The notes beneath the pieces were generated by a model. That model made no database searches. It had not been told where the DNA came from and saw only the letters and a list, made by a program, of their open reading frames with translations. From an uncultured Clostridia bacterium (lineage in GTDB: Bacteria > Bacillota > Clostridia > Christensenellales > UBA1242), in NCBI GenBank assembly GCA_934772525.1, contig CAKVMI010000003.1:158418-222417 (forward strand): a stretch of DNA of 64,000 nt, given 5' to 3'. The position numbers were made by a program, and so were the translations under genes. Shown here piece by piece: positions 19,111 to 29,000 of this stretch (position 1 is its first letter; each line of letters starts with the position of its first letter).

Positions 19111-19668
19111 ATGTTTGCAAGTTACAAAGTTATGTGGAAGTACGCATTTAACTTCTATTCTTTAGAAAATAAAAAGACCTTTTGGCAAGCATTTGGCTTG
19201 CATTTTGCCATATTACTACTAGTGTGGCTTGGTGGAGCACTTTGGGCACCACTACTAATACTTGCACTTTTGTATTCTGTATGTAGCCTTGTACCCGTAA
19301 TTTCACTTGCGGTTAGAAGATTACACGATACCGACACCACTGGGCTATACCTATTTATGATTTTTATACCAATTGCGGGAATTGTATTTGTAACACTAAA
19401 ACTACTAGAAAAATCTAATTATAACCCTGAAAAAATAAAGGTAAAAGACGAAACAAAACCCGACTCTAGTAATTTTGAAAACACCCCAAAAGAAACTTCA
19501 CCCGATGTGACAAAGAACGAAAGTTCCAAGCCTAAAGACATCGATAATTTGAACGAAAATTCACAACATAACGAAACGGACACCGACAAAATAATCAACG
19601 AAAACGCAAGTTCTGAAAACGAAGATATTAATAATTTAAACGAGACTTCACAACATTCAACCACTTAA
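19111..19668 (+). CDS. DUF805-like membrane protein with an N/E/S-rich repeat tail
   Basis: The RRLHDTD motif between TM helices is typical of DUF805. The tail carries two copies of D-I-(D/N)-N-L-N-E-(N/T)-S-Q-H. Confidence 0.6.
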   Translation: MFASYKVMWKYAFNFYSLENKKTFWQAFGLHFAILLLVWLGGALWAPLLILALLYSVCSLVPVISLAVRRLHDTDTTGLYLFMIFIPIAGIVFVTLKLLEKSNYNPEKIKVKDETKPDSSNFENTPKETSPDVTKNESSKPKDIDNLNENSQHNETDTDKIINENASSENEDINNLNETSQHSTT

Positions 19669-19688
19669 AAAATTTTTCGAAATAATAA

Positions 19689-20012
19689 TTGACATTCAAA
19701 ATAAATTATGAAAAAGAGTACGGCAAAGCATCAGATTGTATAGAAGATGGTGAATGGCACCACATTGTCGAACAACAAACAGTTGAAAAAGGAATTAATA
19801 CAGGAACAAGTGTTTACAACTCTCAAAATACCGTTGCCATTTCTAAAAATTTACACCATAAAATCTCTGGATATTACTCGTCTCTTTATAAAAATGGTCA
19901 AACTTTTAGACAATATGTAAATACATTGCCATACGAACAACAATATGCTGAGGGTTTAAGGGTTTTATCTGAATTAGCAAAGCAGTTTGGAGAAACTGTA
20001 ATATGGCTTTAA
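19689..20012 (+). CDS. orphan C-terminal xHH-type (WHH/AHH-like) HNH/EndoVII-fold nuclease toxin module
   Basis: GEWHHIVEQ ... NTVAISKNLHHKISGYY fits the HH-N-H pattern of polymorphic-toxin nucleases. The ORF opens with TTG, has no RBS and has no N-terminal delivery domain. Confidence 0.5.
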   Translation: MTFKINYEKEYGKASDCIEDGEWHHIVEQQTVEKGINTGTSVYNSQNTVAISKNLHHKISGYYSSLYKNGQTFRQYVNTLPYEQQYAEGLRVLSELAKQFGETVIWL

Positions 20013-20030
20013 GCTTTAAAAGGATTAATT

Positions 20031-20456
20031 ATGAAAAAAACAATAGAAAATACAATACAACAATTTATTGATGACACAATATTCTTAAGCAATTATTTAA
20101 AAGTTGAGAATCTATCAAACACTGATTATGATGCAAAACTTACAGTAAAAATTGGCAAAAGGATAGAAAACAATGCCACTTATATTATTCAGAATGGCGG
20201 AGTTGAACAATTCTTAAAATTATTAGACAATGAAAACATTGCTGTTGCATCTTCAGCTGCTGAATATTTATATCCGTTATATCCGTCAAGATGCATAGAA
20301 ATTATTTCTAAACGTGCAAAAAGCATTAAAAACCCCTTGGACAGAAAGCGTGAAGAAGACTTAATTGAAGGATTAGAGAAAGATAAGGCTTTCTTTACAG
20401 GTCATTTTAAAACCATATATGGCAAAGAAGATTATAAAAGTTTATCAAGAGAATAA
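20031..20456 (+). CDS. putative cognate immunity protein (helical, DUF2019/HEAT-like)
   Basis: It starts 19 nt after the toxin stop and has an AAGGA RBS. It is a paralog of the 20552 gene, sharing LKLL-D/H-E/D-N, V-S, LYPLYP, I-x-N/D-PL-D/E, R, D-x-I-x-G and FK-x-x-Y. Confidence 0.5.
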   Translation: MKKTIENTIQQFIDDTIFLSNYLKVENLSNTDYDAKLTVKIGKRIENNATYIIQNGGVEQFLKLLDNENIAVASSAAEYLYPLYPSRCIEIISKRAKSIKNPLDRKREEDLIEGLEKDKAFFTGHFKTIYGKEDYKSLSRE

Positions 20457-20459
20457 TTT

Positions 20460-20540
20460 TATGAGCAACAATATGCAAAAGGACTAGAAGTATTAAAAAT
20501 GTTTGCAGAACAATTAGGCGAAAAAATTATTTGGTTATAA
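20460..20540 (+). pseudogene. 26-codon remnant of a second toxin C-terminus
   Basis: It translates to YEQQYAKGLEVLKMFAEQLGEKIIWL*, against YEQQYAEGLRVLSELAKQFGETVIWL* at the end of the 19689 ORF. There is no start codon. Confidence 0.6.
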
Positions 20541-20551
20541 AGGATTCAAAC

Positions 20552-20995
20552 ATGCAAAAAACTTTAGATTTAAAAATTAATGAATTAAAAAAATTAATTA
20601 TTAAATTGCATAGCATTAATGAAATACAAAACGATTTTTCAAAACATAATGTCAAAGAGAGTTTAACACTTGGCTCAAAGTTCAATAAATTACTAAATGA
20701 AATTTTAAATTCAGAAACTGGAATACAAAAATTAATAAAATTAATGCATGACGAAAATCCCGTGGTTAGTTTTGTTATTTCCAGAAATTTATTCCCGTTG
20801 TATCCAACCGAAACTATGTCAATTATGAAGCATTATGCAGAAAGAATTGATGACCCGTTAGAAAAAATGCGTGTAAACGATGTCATTACGGGATTTGAAT
20901 CTAAACAGTTAGTATTTATGAATCAATTTAAAAAATTATACAATACTGACAATTTAGATGAATTAAATCGTGAATCAAAGAGAAAGTGTAAATAG
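20552..20995 (+). CDS. second immunity-protein paralog
   Basis: The ATG at 20552 follows an AAGGA RBS, the same geometry as cassette 1. It is homologous to the 20031 product. Confidence 0.5.
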   Translation: MQKTLDLKINELKKLIIKLHSINEIQNDFSKHNVKESLTLGSKFNKLLNEILNSETGIQKLIKLMHDENPVVSFVISRNLFPLYPTETMSIMKHYAERIDDPLEKMRVNDVITGFESKQLVFMNQFKKLYNTDNLDELNRESKRKCK

Positions 20996-21172
20996 TATTT
21001 ATGTAAAATAATTTAACTTATAATTTTACTAAAATTAGCCGAGAGTTTATATAAAGTGATGGGATAAAAATATTTACTCTTGCATATATGCAGTAAAACA
21101 ATATGTTATTTATAATTCCGTTTAACTTGTGCTATACTAACTTAGTTTATACAAAACTTAAATTTATCTTTT

Positions 21173-21196
21173 CCACCAGCACAGCTGGTGGTTTTT
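21173..21196 (+). terminator. rho-independent terminator after the toxin/immunity cassettes
   Basis: CCACCAGC-ACA-GCTGGTGG followed by TTTTT. Confidence 0.7.
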
Positions 21197-21206
21197 ATTT
21201 CATAGT

Positions 21207-21247
21207 AAAAAGCGAAAGTGTTAAGCTTACCAACACTTTCGCTTTTG
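21207..21247. terminator. bidirectional terminator (serves the minus-strand 141-aa gene)
   Basis: 12-bp stem AGCGAAAGTGTT...AACACTTTCGCT flanked by A5 and T-rich runs. Confidence 0.65.
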
Positions 21248-21359
21248 TTTGCCTTTATCTAATTAATATATGAATACTTGTTTTATGGATACTATGTTTA
21301 TGGGGCGAAGTTAAACTAATTTATATTAAAATAAGCACCCATTAAAGTGATATGATATA

Positions 21360-21785
21360 TTATTTTGTAGATTCATCGTCATCTATACCCAAAGACAATT
21401 TATCTATATAACGCGATGCAGATGCGATTTGCGATGAACTTTTTCTATTTTCATCTTCATTTAAAGTTTTTATAGCACCTTTTAGCCAAGGATATGGCAT
21501 TTGACCAATTTTAGTCTTAGCAAATTTATCCCCACCATTAGTATATTTTTGTTCATTTAATACACAAAACAAACTAGAAATATCACAAATTCTTAGTAAA
21601 TCTTCCTTTACTTCCGGTGTTTGAATAATCCAAAAATCGTCATCACAAATTGAATTTGCGAAATCTATAACTTGCTTTGAAAATTGGTTTAGTTCGTTCA
21701 ATAAATACACTTTTTTTCCTGTATTTTCAAATTCTCTAATTATTTTGTAAATCATAATACTACTTGGATTTGATGGTGTTGACAT
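21360..21785 (-). CDS. hypothetical 141-aa protein
   Basis: Intact ORF with a GGAGAA-type RBS. No motif was recognised. Confidence 0.5.
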   Translation of the reverse strand: MSTPSNPSSIMIYKIIREFENTGKKVYLLNELNQFSKQVIDFANSICDDDFWIIQTPEVKEDLLRICDISSLFCVLNEQKYTNGGDKFAKTKIGQMPYPWLKGAIKTLNEDENRKSSSQIASASRYIDKLSLGIDDDESTK

Positions 21786-21962
21786 AGTTTTCTCCTTAGA
21801 TATTTTTCCTTAAATATATAAGCATTATAACTTATTAATGAAATTGATTCAATAGCTTGATATAAATAAATTTTGACAACTAATTTAAATTTTATATTTT
21901 TGATTAAGTTCTAGAGTGCTTGCTTTTAGCATAAATTCTTATGTTTTGTAGATTTAAAAGAC

Positions 21963-21992
21963 AAAAACCCCATAAATTACTCTGGGGTTTTT
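21963..21992. terminator. bidirectional terminator downstream of the degV-lipoprotein operon
   Basis: AAAACCCCA...TGGGGTTTT stem. Confidence 0.6.
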
Positions 21993-22011
21993 GTTGAAAT
22001 TTGTAATTTTT

Positions 22012-22200
22012 TGGATATAGTTTTTAACAATAATTTAAAAACTGTTGAAAAGTGGTTTTTGTAAACTAGATAGTTTTTAACAATTGTTTATAATTCTGTT
22101 AAAATATTGATTTTTATAAATTGGGTAGTTTTTAACAATTATTTATATTTTTGTCAAAAAGTAGTTTTAACAACTATTCAAAAGTCTGTTAAAAAGCAAT
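22012..22200. repeat. about four tandem units of about 55 bp, each carrying the inverted pair GTTTTTAACAAT ... CTGTTAAAA
   Basis: GTTTTTAACAAT occurs at 22020, 22073 and 22128 (GTTTTAACAAC at 22164). The partners are TGTTGAAAAG at 22043, CTGTTAAAAT at 22096, TGTCAAAAAG at 22152 and CTGTTAAAAAG at 22186. Confidence 0.7.
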
Positions 22201-22787
22201 TATTTATGTTCACCGAATACTTCAATTTGCTTTAGTCTTATACTTAATTTTTCAGCTACAGAATTTTCTTCTTTATAAGAAGTGTCGTCTATTTCTAGCG
22301 TGAAAGTTGGAGCAGTTTTATCTTGAACGGTTCCATTTATGTAAAATACTAGTTTAGTTTCAGTACCTGCAATCATTTCCAAACTGGTTTTGCCAGATAC
22401 GAAACAATACAAATCGTTTTTACTATCAAAATACGCCTTATCTTCAGCAACATCTTTAATGTTAGTGATTTTAAAATCGAAATCTAAGATGCAATCTTTA
22501 TTTGAAACAAAGGTGTATTCTACCCTATAAATTGACATATATGCAATCCACTTAAGATTGCCGGTTAGGGTTACTTTGGTTAATTGAATAGAACTTGCGT
22601 CATCTGAAAATAAGTCAGCCATACTAATTGTGCTAGATTTTGTTTTGCCATAACTTGTATAACTTACAGTATCCGCAAAATATGTAGCGTTAGCTATTGG
22701 TTTTTCCGCTTTTCCGCAAGCAACCATACATATGCTAATTACCCCCATTAAGATGCCACAAACAATGCCCTTTATGAGTCTTTTCAT
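22200..22787 (-). CDS. lipoprotein, function unknown
   Basis: Signal peptide with lipobox ICMVAC-G; 195 aa. Confidence 0.7.
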   Translation of the reverse strand: MKRLIKGIVCGILMGVISICMVACGKAEKPIANATYFADTVSYTSYGKTKSSTISMADLFSDDASSIQLTKVTLTGNLKWIAYMSIYRVEYTFVSNKDCILDFDFKITNIKDVAEDKAYFDSKNDLYCFVSGKTSLEMIAGTETKLVFYINGTVQDKTAPTFTLEIDDTSYKEENSVAEKLSIRLKQIEVFGEHK

Positions 22788-23650
22788 TAGTATTTTCCCC
22801 CGTCATTAATGTAAAGTAGTCCAAGTGTCCCTTTGCCACAATGGGTACAAATTACGCTATTTGCAAGTGATGGAATAACTTCTTCAAATATTCCCTTGCT
22901 TTTTACATATTCTACAATTTCATTTAGAACATCTTCATCCATTTCTGTATGGGTAATAAAACAACGCTTTGGGTCTGGGTTATTATATAGTGCTAGTGTA
23001 TCATCAACATATTTCTTTAATACGACCGATGGTTTACCACGATATTTTTCTTGTGCTACTATTTTGCCGTCTACTAATTGTAATTTTGGCTTTAATTTTA
23101 ATAGGTTTGCACCAAAGGCCGCAAGCATAGAGCATCTTCCGCCCTTGTATAAAAATTCTAATGTATCTACTACAAATGAAGTTTGACCAGCATACGCTCT
23201 ATGTGTAATTATTTCTGCAACTTCTTTTGCCGACTTTCCTTGGTCTACAAGTTCCTTTGCACAAAGAGTTAAAAGAAGAGTTCCTGTAGAAAGCACTCTG
23301 CCGTCTATAACTAAAACCTTATCTTTACCAATTTGTTCGGCTGCACTTTGGGCATTTTTGCAAATACAAGAAAGGTGTGTAGAGATTGAAACGTGTACAA
23401 TTTGGTCGTACCCTTCATTTAAAAAACCTTCGAAAAATTCTTTAAAATCTTCTACGCTACGTGCTGCTGACTTTGGTAATTTTTTTGTTTCTTTTACATA
23501 TTTATATATGTCATCATTTGTAATATTTACAGTATCGTAATATTCTTCTCCATTCAAATTTACAATTTGTGGCAAATATCCAATATCGTGGGAATCAAAA
23601 AACTCCTTGGTTTCATCTGCTGTTGAATCTGTTGTTACTTTTATCTTCAT
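22787..23650 (-). CDS. DegV family fatty-acid-binding protein
   Basis: MKIKVTTDSTADETKEFFDSHDIGYLPQIVNLNGEEYYD and overall DegV collinearity. Confidence 0.85.
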   Translation of the reverse strand: MKIKVTTDSTADETKEFFDSHDIGYLPQIVNLNGEEYYDTVNITNDDIYKYVKETKKLPKSAARSVEDFKEFFEGFLNEGYDQIVHVSISTHLSCICKNAQSAAEQIGKDKVLVIDGRVLSTGTLLLTLCAKELVDQGKSAKEVAEIITHRAYAGQTSFVVDTLEFLYKGGRCSMLAAFGANLLKLKPKLQLVDGKIVAQEKYRGKPSVVLKKYVDDTLALYNNPDPKRCFITHTEMDEDVLNEIVEYVKSKGIFEEVIPSLANSVICTHCGKGTLGLLYINDGGKY

Positions 23651-23661
23651 AATTGTTCTCC

Positions 23662-25104
23662 TTAAAATAAATATCCTTTCTTAATTGAGTAAAATATTGC
23701 TGGCAATAGTCCGCTATCATAGGTTTTGTGTATTTTTACCTTACCTATTATATCATCTACCGAAACCAAACCAAAATATTTGCTATCATTACTAATGGTT
23801 CGGTTATCGCCAAGCACAAAAACTTTTCCTTTTGGTACACTTATTACACTCTCACTTACCACTTTAGTGTTATAAAAAACCTCTTTTTCTACCGCTTGAA
23901 AGGCAAGTATCATAACGCCCGCTTCGTCACTTTCGGTAGTTAAATCTAGTTCATTTCTGACCCCTGTTTCGGTATCTTCTTCGTATATTAAGTTGCCATA
24001 TGCCTTAGACTGCAAATTTGCAAGTGAATCAATTTTGGTTGTTATATAGTCTTCATTTAGTCTTTCGCCATTTAAATATAAAACATACTCAGCGTAATAT
24101 ACTCCAAGACCACCACCCGTGGATACCCAATACAATTTTTTGCTATATCTTACAAACTGAATTGTATCTCCGCCCGTTGCAACCACCCTTTTTATAAAGG
24201 ACTTGCTTTCTGACGAACTGTCATAATTTGTAGCGTCTATAACTATGATATCGTTTTTTTCTACCTTTTGCGTTCTTTGTAAATACACTACATCATACTT
24301 AGTTGCACCGACATTGTTATTTATAGTCGGTTCCATACTGGCACCTTCTACCATAACGGGCATAAGTAAAATATTAAATGTAAATAGTGATGTTATAAAA
24401 TAAATACCAACAACTATCGTAAAGGCAAACCACCAATTTATTGGTTTTGTTTGTGGAACTCCGACGAATATAGTTTTATTATTTAAAATTCGTTCATTTT
24501 CAGCACCACTCCAACTATATTCATCTAATTCGGGTGTGTAGTTTATCTTTCTTGAGTCATCATGAACGGACGAATGATAAACATTAAATTCGGGGTCTAC
24601 ATTATAGTCTTCGGCCGTTAATTCTGAATTGTTTTTATTGCTTTCCAACCTTTCGCTATTTAGATTATTAGATTCAAAATTATCTGTACTTAAACTATTG
24701 TCTTTTACGGTTTCTGAACCCAGTGTATCTATATAGAAAGGCGTTTCTTTTAGGCTCTCATTATTACCTTCATTTTGCGAAATAATTTCGTTTTGCGTAT
24801 TAAAATTTTCTGCACTTATATTACCAATTTCGCTATTATTAGACAATTCTTCATTCTTTTCCAAAATACCACTTATATTTAAGTCTTCATTAATTATTTT
24901 TGATTTATCTATTGTGCTACCATTATTTTCTTTAAATTCTTGGTTTGAACTTAAATCTAAATTACTTGTATTAATTGCGTCATTTTCTGAATCTGAAAAC
25001 ACAAAATCAATAGACGAAGTTTCGTCTACTGGTTTTAGGTTTTCATCGTTATTAAGTTGTGCTACTGGTGGCTCTTCGCCACCAGTACTAAACTTATCGT
25101 CCAT
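23662..25104 (-). CDS. lepB: signal peptidase I with a roughly 220-aa N/S/E-rich N-terminal extension
   Basis: Catalytic boxes GASMEPT and VLGDNRTISNDSKYFG follow a single TM (WWFAFTIVVGIYFITSLF). Residues 1-220 are low complexity. Confidence 0.8.
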   Translation of the reverse strand: MDDKFSTGGEEPPVAQLNNDENLKPVDETSSIDFVFSDSENDAINTSNLDLSSNQEFKENNGSTIDKSKIINEDLNISGILEKNEELSNNSEIGNISAENFNTQNEIISQNEGNNESLKETPFYIDTLGSETVKDNSLSTDNFESNNLNSERLESNKNNSELTAEDYNVDPEFNVYHSSVHDDSRKINYTPELDEYSWSGAENERILNNKTIFVGVPQTKPINWWFAFTIVVGIYFITSLFTFNILLMPVMVEGASMEPTINNNVGATKYDVVYLQRTQKVEKNDIIVIDATNYDSSSESKSFIKRVVATGGDTIQFVRYSKKLYWVSTGGGLGVYYAEYVLYLNGERLNEDYITTKIDSLANLQSKAYGNLIYEEDTETGVRNELDLTTESDEAGVMILAFQAVEKEVFYNTKVVSESVISVPKGKVFVLGDNRTISNDSKYFGLVSVDDIIGKVKIHKTYDSGLLPAIFYSIKKGYLF

Positions 25105-25415
25105 TATCTTACCTTAATATCCTTTCTTTCAATTTGCAAAATTAGTGCAACGGCAACTAAGATTGTTCCAACGATTGTTGTAGAAATTGTCCATGGAGTT
25201 AATCCCATAACTGCATTTAGGTGTCCATTCTTTTTTAAAATTGCTTCTTGAACCAAGCCTTTACCCGTTACTGTAAATTCGCTTTCTGGAATTGGAACTT
25301 CGGTTGTATTGTACCCTACCACTTGAGTTAGGGTAATTATACCTAAAATTAGTGAAAGTGCAAGAACTCCAAGCCCAACATACATTAATATTTTTGATAA
25401 CTTTTTTCTATCCAT
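25104..25415 (-). CDS. small two-TM membrane protein
   Basis: 103 aa. It is translationally coupled to its neighbours through overlapping start and stop codons. Confidence 0.5.
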   Translation of the reverse strand: MDRKKLSKILMYVGLGVLALSLILGIITLTQVVGYNTTEVPIPESEFTVTGKGLVQEAILKKNGHLNAVMGLTPWTISTTIVGTILVAVALILQIERKDIKVR

Positions 25416-25993
25416 TATACTAGCCCCCTTACAAAGTTGTAAAGTTTGGTGGTATCTCCTTGAACGGAAAGCGGATAATAGATTTCGCTATCTCCCGTTT
25501 TTTCCGTTTCGTTTATATACTTATTATCTATTGAATAATAAATATCTATATCTTTAACGCCCGAAACTTCGTTTAGGTTAAATATTAAAGAATTGATGTA
25601 TACAACTCTAGAATTGCCATCACGCCAGATTATTAGCTTTTGGGCTTTTGCAAAGTTTAACTCTACATAAAGCCCATTATCTAAATTATAACTACTCCAC
25701 TCTGGTGCTTCTAAATTTTCGCTTAAATTTGGATTAATGTAATCATCTTCTGCAATTTCTTCTAAATTAGATTTTTTGAATGTATCATTATACACTCGCA
25801 TAAACTCGTCGAAATTATCGGTACCATCTTCTATTGTTTGTTTTGCAGATTGTGAATTAAAGTAAATTTTAATTGTTTTAGGCGTATCAAAATTTAATGC
25901 GCTTGATGTTGTTCTACAAGCAAAGCATATTAAACTAACTATTACTATTACCGCCATTCCACAAATTATTGGAAGTATTATTTTGTTTTTCAT
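25415..25993 (-). CDS. membrane-anchored hypothetical protein
   Basis: 192 aa with an N-terminal TM/signal anchor. It lies in the ftsH operon. Confidence 0.5.
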   Translation of the reverse strand: MKNKIILPIICGMAVIVIVSLICFACRTTSSALNFDTPKTIKIYFNSQSAKQTIEDGTDNFDEFMRVYNDTFKKSNLEEIAEDDYINPNLSENLEAPEWSSYNLDNGLYVELNFAKAQKLIIWRDGNSRVVYINSLIFNLNEVSGVKDIDIYYSIDNKYINETEKTGDSEIYYPLSVQGDTTKLYNFVRGLV

Positions 25994-25998
25994 TTGAG

Positions 25999-28080
25999 TT
26001 ATTTTTTCCTTGAATTGTTTTTAGTTTTTTCAATAGCGTCCGAAAAACTTTCGCTAATGTCATCACCTTTTAATACTTCTCTTTCGGCTGGGTTTGTGCT
26101 TGCACTCTTTTCCCCCGATTGAGCGTCTGTTTTTATGATATTTGATTTTAAGCCGTCTACCAATTCTTCCGTAGTAGTACTTACTTCATTCTCTTCAGTT
26201 TTTGCTAAACTTTCATCTATGTGCTTTATTACTTCTTCACTGGTTGCACCATTCATAATCATATCAACTTCATTTGAATAGATTGTTTCTTTTTGCAATA
26301 GTACATTTGCCATTGTTTCAAGTTTAGATTTATTTTCGGTAATAATACGTTCAGACTCCGCTTCACACTGGTTTAAAATAGACTTAATTTCTTCATCTAT
26401 TAAACTTGCGTAATGTTCGGAGTATGTTGCCCTTTCCATATAATCTTTACCTAAAAAATATGAGTTTTCACTGCCTAAATGCATCAAGCCCGTTTTATTG
26501 CCCATACCCCATTCGGTAACCATTTTTCGAGCAATTCCGGTTGCTCTTTCTATGTCGTTAGATGCACCCGTTGTGTAGTCGCCTATAAATATTTCTTCGG
26601 CTTTTCTACCACTTAGCATCATTGTGATAGTATCTAACAATTTTGTTCTAGATATATGAGTATCGTCAGTATCGGGTCTACTAACTGTATAACCAGCAGC
26701 GCTTCCACGTGGTACTATACTTACTTCGTGAATTGGGTCGCTATTTTTTACAAGTCTTCCTACAACGGCGTGACCAGATTCGTGGAATGCGGTAATTCTT
26801 TTATCCTTATCGGTAATTACTCTACTCTTCTTTTGTGGTCCCATTGTAACTTTATCTATGCCTTCGCTAATATCACGCATATCAATACATTTTTTGTTAT
26901 CACGTGCAGCTAAAATTGCCGATTCATTTAATAGGTTTTCCAGTTCTGCACCAGTAAATCCACTTGTGACTCTGGCAACTTGTTTGAAGTCTACATCGCT
27001 TGCAAACTTTTTATTCCTTGCATGTACATTTAAAATTTCTTCTCTGCCCTTTACATCTGGGACGTGAATATATATTTGACGGTCGAATCTACCCGGTCTT
27101 AAAAGTGCTGGATCCAAAATGTCTACACGGTTGGTTGCTGCAATTACAATTATTCCTTCATTGGTTTCAAAACCATCCATCTGAACTAGTAATTGGTTTA
27201 GAGTTTGTTCTCTTTCATCACTGCCACCGCCCATACCAGTTCCACGCTGGCGACCAATTGCATCTATTTCATCTATAAACACAATACATGGTGCGTTCTT
27301 TTTTGCTTTGTCAAACAAATCACGAACTCTGCTTGCACCTACACCAACGTATAATTCCATAAAGTCGGAACCGCTGATTGTAAAGAATGGAACATTCGCT
27401 TCGCCCGCTATTGCTTTTGCTAGTAATGTTTTACCCGTTCCAGGAGGACCTACCATTAGTACGCCCCTTGGAATTCTTGCACCCATTTGAGTAAATTTAT
27501 ATGGGCTTTTTAAAAATTCTACAATTTCACGAACTTCTGCCTTTTCTTCATCTGCACCTGCAACATCTGAAAAACGAACGGTGCTTAGTGCAACCCTTGC
27601 TCTATTTTTTATAAAATCCATACCTTGCTTGTTGGTTTTACCAATTTGACGAGCAAATATGTAAATTATTAGAATAGCTCCGCCAATCATAACTATTGGC
27701 ATTATTATGTATCCCCACGAGAAGTCTGAAACTATTGTGCTTGTTTTATCTACTTTTATAGTTGCGGTTTTGTTGTACTCATCTATTATTTCATTGATTG
27801 AGTCGCTAAGTCCTGGTCCTATGTAATAGACATTACCGCCCGCTTCCTTTTTATAGAACACTTCAATATAGTTGCTACTAAAATTTACGCTTTCAATTTT
27901 TTCAGCTAATATATCTGTTTTAAATTGAGCTTCGCCAATCTCCTTTTTACTTGTCCAAGTTGTTATAAAAAATAACATAACTACAAGCCCTACAAGGAGT
28001 ACTAGTGACAATATATTTCTTATTGTAGAAGGCTTTGAAGTGTAATTATACTTATCGCCCTGTTTGTTGTTATTTTCCAA
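25999..28080 (-). CDS. ftsH: ATP-dependent zinc metalloprotease FtsH
   Basis: Walker [10 protein letters not shown], Walker B IVFIDEID, zinc site HESGHA and two N-terminal TMs. Confidence 0.95.
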   Translation of the reverse strand: MENNNKQGDKYNYTSKPSTIRNILSLVLLVGLVVMLFFITTWTSKKEIGEAQFKTDILAEKIESVNFSSNYIEVFYKKEAGGNVYYIGPGLSDSINEIIDEYNKTATIKVDKTSTIVSDFSWGYIIMPIVMIGGAILIIYIFARQIGKTNKQGMDFIKNRARVALSTVRFSDVAGADEEKAEVREIVEFLKSPYKFTQMGARIPRGVLMVGPPGTGKTLLAKAIAGEANVPFFTISGSDFMELYVGVGASRVRDLFDKAKKNAPCIVFIDEIDAIGRQRGTGMGGGSDEREQTLNQLLVQMDGFETNEGIIVIAATNRVDILDPALLRPGRFDRQIYIHVPDVKGREEILNVHARNKKFASDVDFKQVARVTSGFTGAELENLLNESAILAARDNKKCIDMRDISEGIDKVTMGPQKKSRVITDKDKRITAFHESGHAVVGRLVKNSDPIHEVSIVPRGSAAGYTVSRPDTDDTHISRTKLLDTITMMLSGRKAEEIFIGDYTTGASNDIERATGIARKMVTEWGMGNKTGLMHLGSENSYFLGKDYMERATYSEHYASLIDEEIKSILNQCEAESERIITENKSKLETMANVLLQKETIYSNEVDMIMNGATSEEVIKHIDESLAKTEENEVSTTTEELVDGLKSNIIKTDAQSGEKSASTNPAEREVLKGDDISESFSDAIEKTKNNSRKK

Positions 28081-28238
28081 AAAAAATTATCCTCCAAAAT
28101 CTATTATTAATAATATAATATATCTTATCATATTATTAGAATACTTTCAATCAAATTACGGGCATAAATTTAAAATTTCGTTAAAATTTCATTTGACTAT
28201 CCTTCATTTTTTGTTAAAATTTAATAAAAGGAGTAAAT

Positions 28239-29000
28239 ATGTTTACTTATATTGATGCAATCATAATAGCAATAGTTTTAATATCTGTAATTATAGGCAT
28301 ATTCAGCGGATTTATTCGTTCCCTTACCAGATTTTGCGGGTTCTTTGTAAAAATTTTAATTTCGTTCTTTTTGTGTAAGCCCATTGCAACACTGCTTTCA
28401 GACAAGACCGCTTTAGGGGATAGTATGCTAAATAAGTTTACCGACTGGGCATCCGGACTTGGCGAAAATTTTAATGTAAACCTTAAAACCGTCGACCACG
28501 AAAATTTAAGTTCATTTATAAAAGATAGTTTGGGTCAAGCAAATATTCCAAAAATATTTAGAGGAATTGTTTCGGGATTATTAAATATCACGCCCGAACA
28601 AATCGCCGGAACGGAATCTATCACCCTTGCCGAAATTGTCGGTAAAGCAGTTTCTACCCTAATATTAATTGTATGCTGTTTTGTTGCTATTTATATTTTA
28701 CTTAGCATTATAATTTGGATATTAAATAGAATAGAACGCAAAATTTTGAAAACCACGAAAATTTTAAGTAAAATTGATAGAACACTTGGTGGGGTGGTTG
28801 GACTACTTTCTGCAGTGGAACTATTGTTTACAATTTGTTTGGTTTTATCTATTTTTAGAAATTCTAGTTTATTTGAAAATTTCTTTACAACATTAAATAA
28901 TTCGGTTATTGGTTCGCCGGTATCAAAATTTATGTTTAGTTTGGTTGATAAAAACTTTGATATATCGGCAACAGTTAATGAATGGATTACATCGAAATAA
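28239..29000 (+). CDS. CvpA-family membrane protein
   Basis: N-terminus MFTYIDAIIIAIVLISVIIGIFSGFIRSL is typical of CvpA; four or five TMs. Confidence 0.55.
   Translation: MFTYIDAIIIAIVLISVIIGIFSGFIRSLTRFCGFFVKILISFFLCKPIATLLSDKTALGDSMLNKFTDWASGLGENFNVNLKTVDHENLSSFIKDSLGQANIPKIFRGIVSGLLNITPEQIAGTESITLAEIVGKAVSTLILIVCCFVAIYILLSIIIWILNRIERKILKTTKILSKIDRTLGGVVGLLSAVELLFTICLVLSIFRNSSLFENFFTTLNNSVIGSPVSKFMFSLVDKNFDISATVNEWITSK

Noticed and set aside
21110-21196. Stand-alone sRNA (TGC-TATACT extended -10 at 21130-21138 followed 35 nt later by a strong terminator).
   Set aside because: The terminator is adequately explained as the end of the toxin/immunity transcript, and the -35 element is poor. 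It is kept only as a terminator feature.
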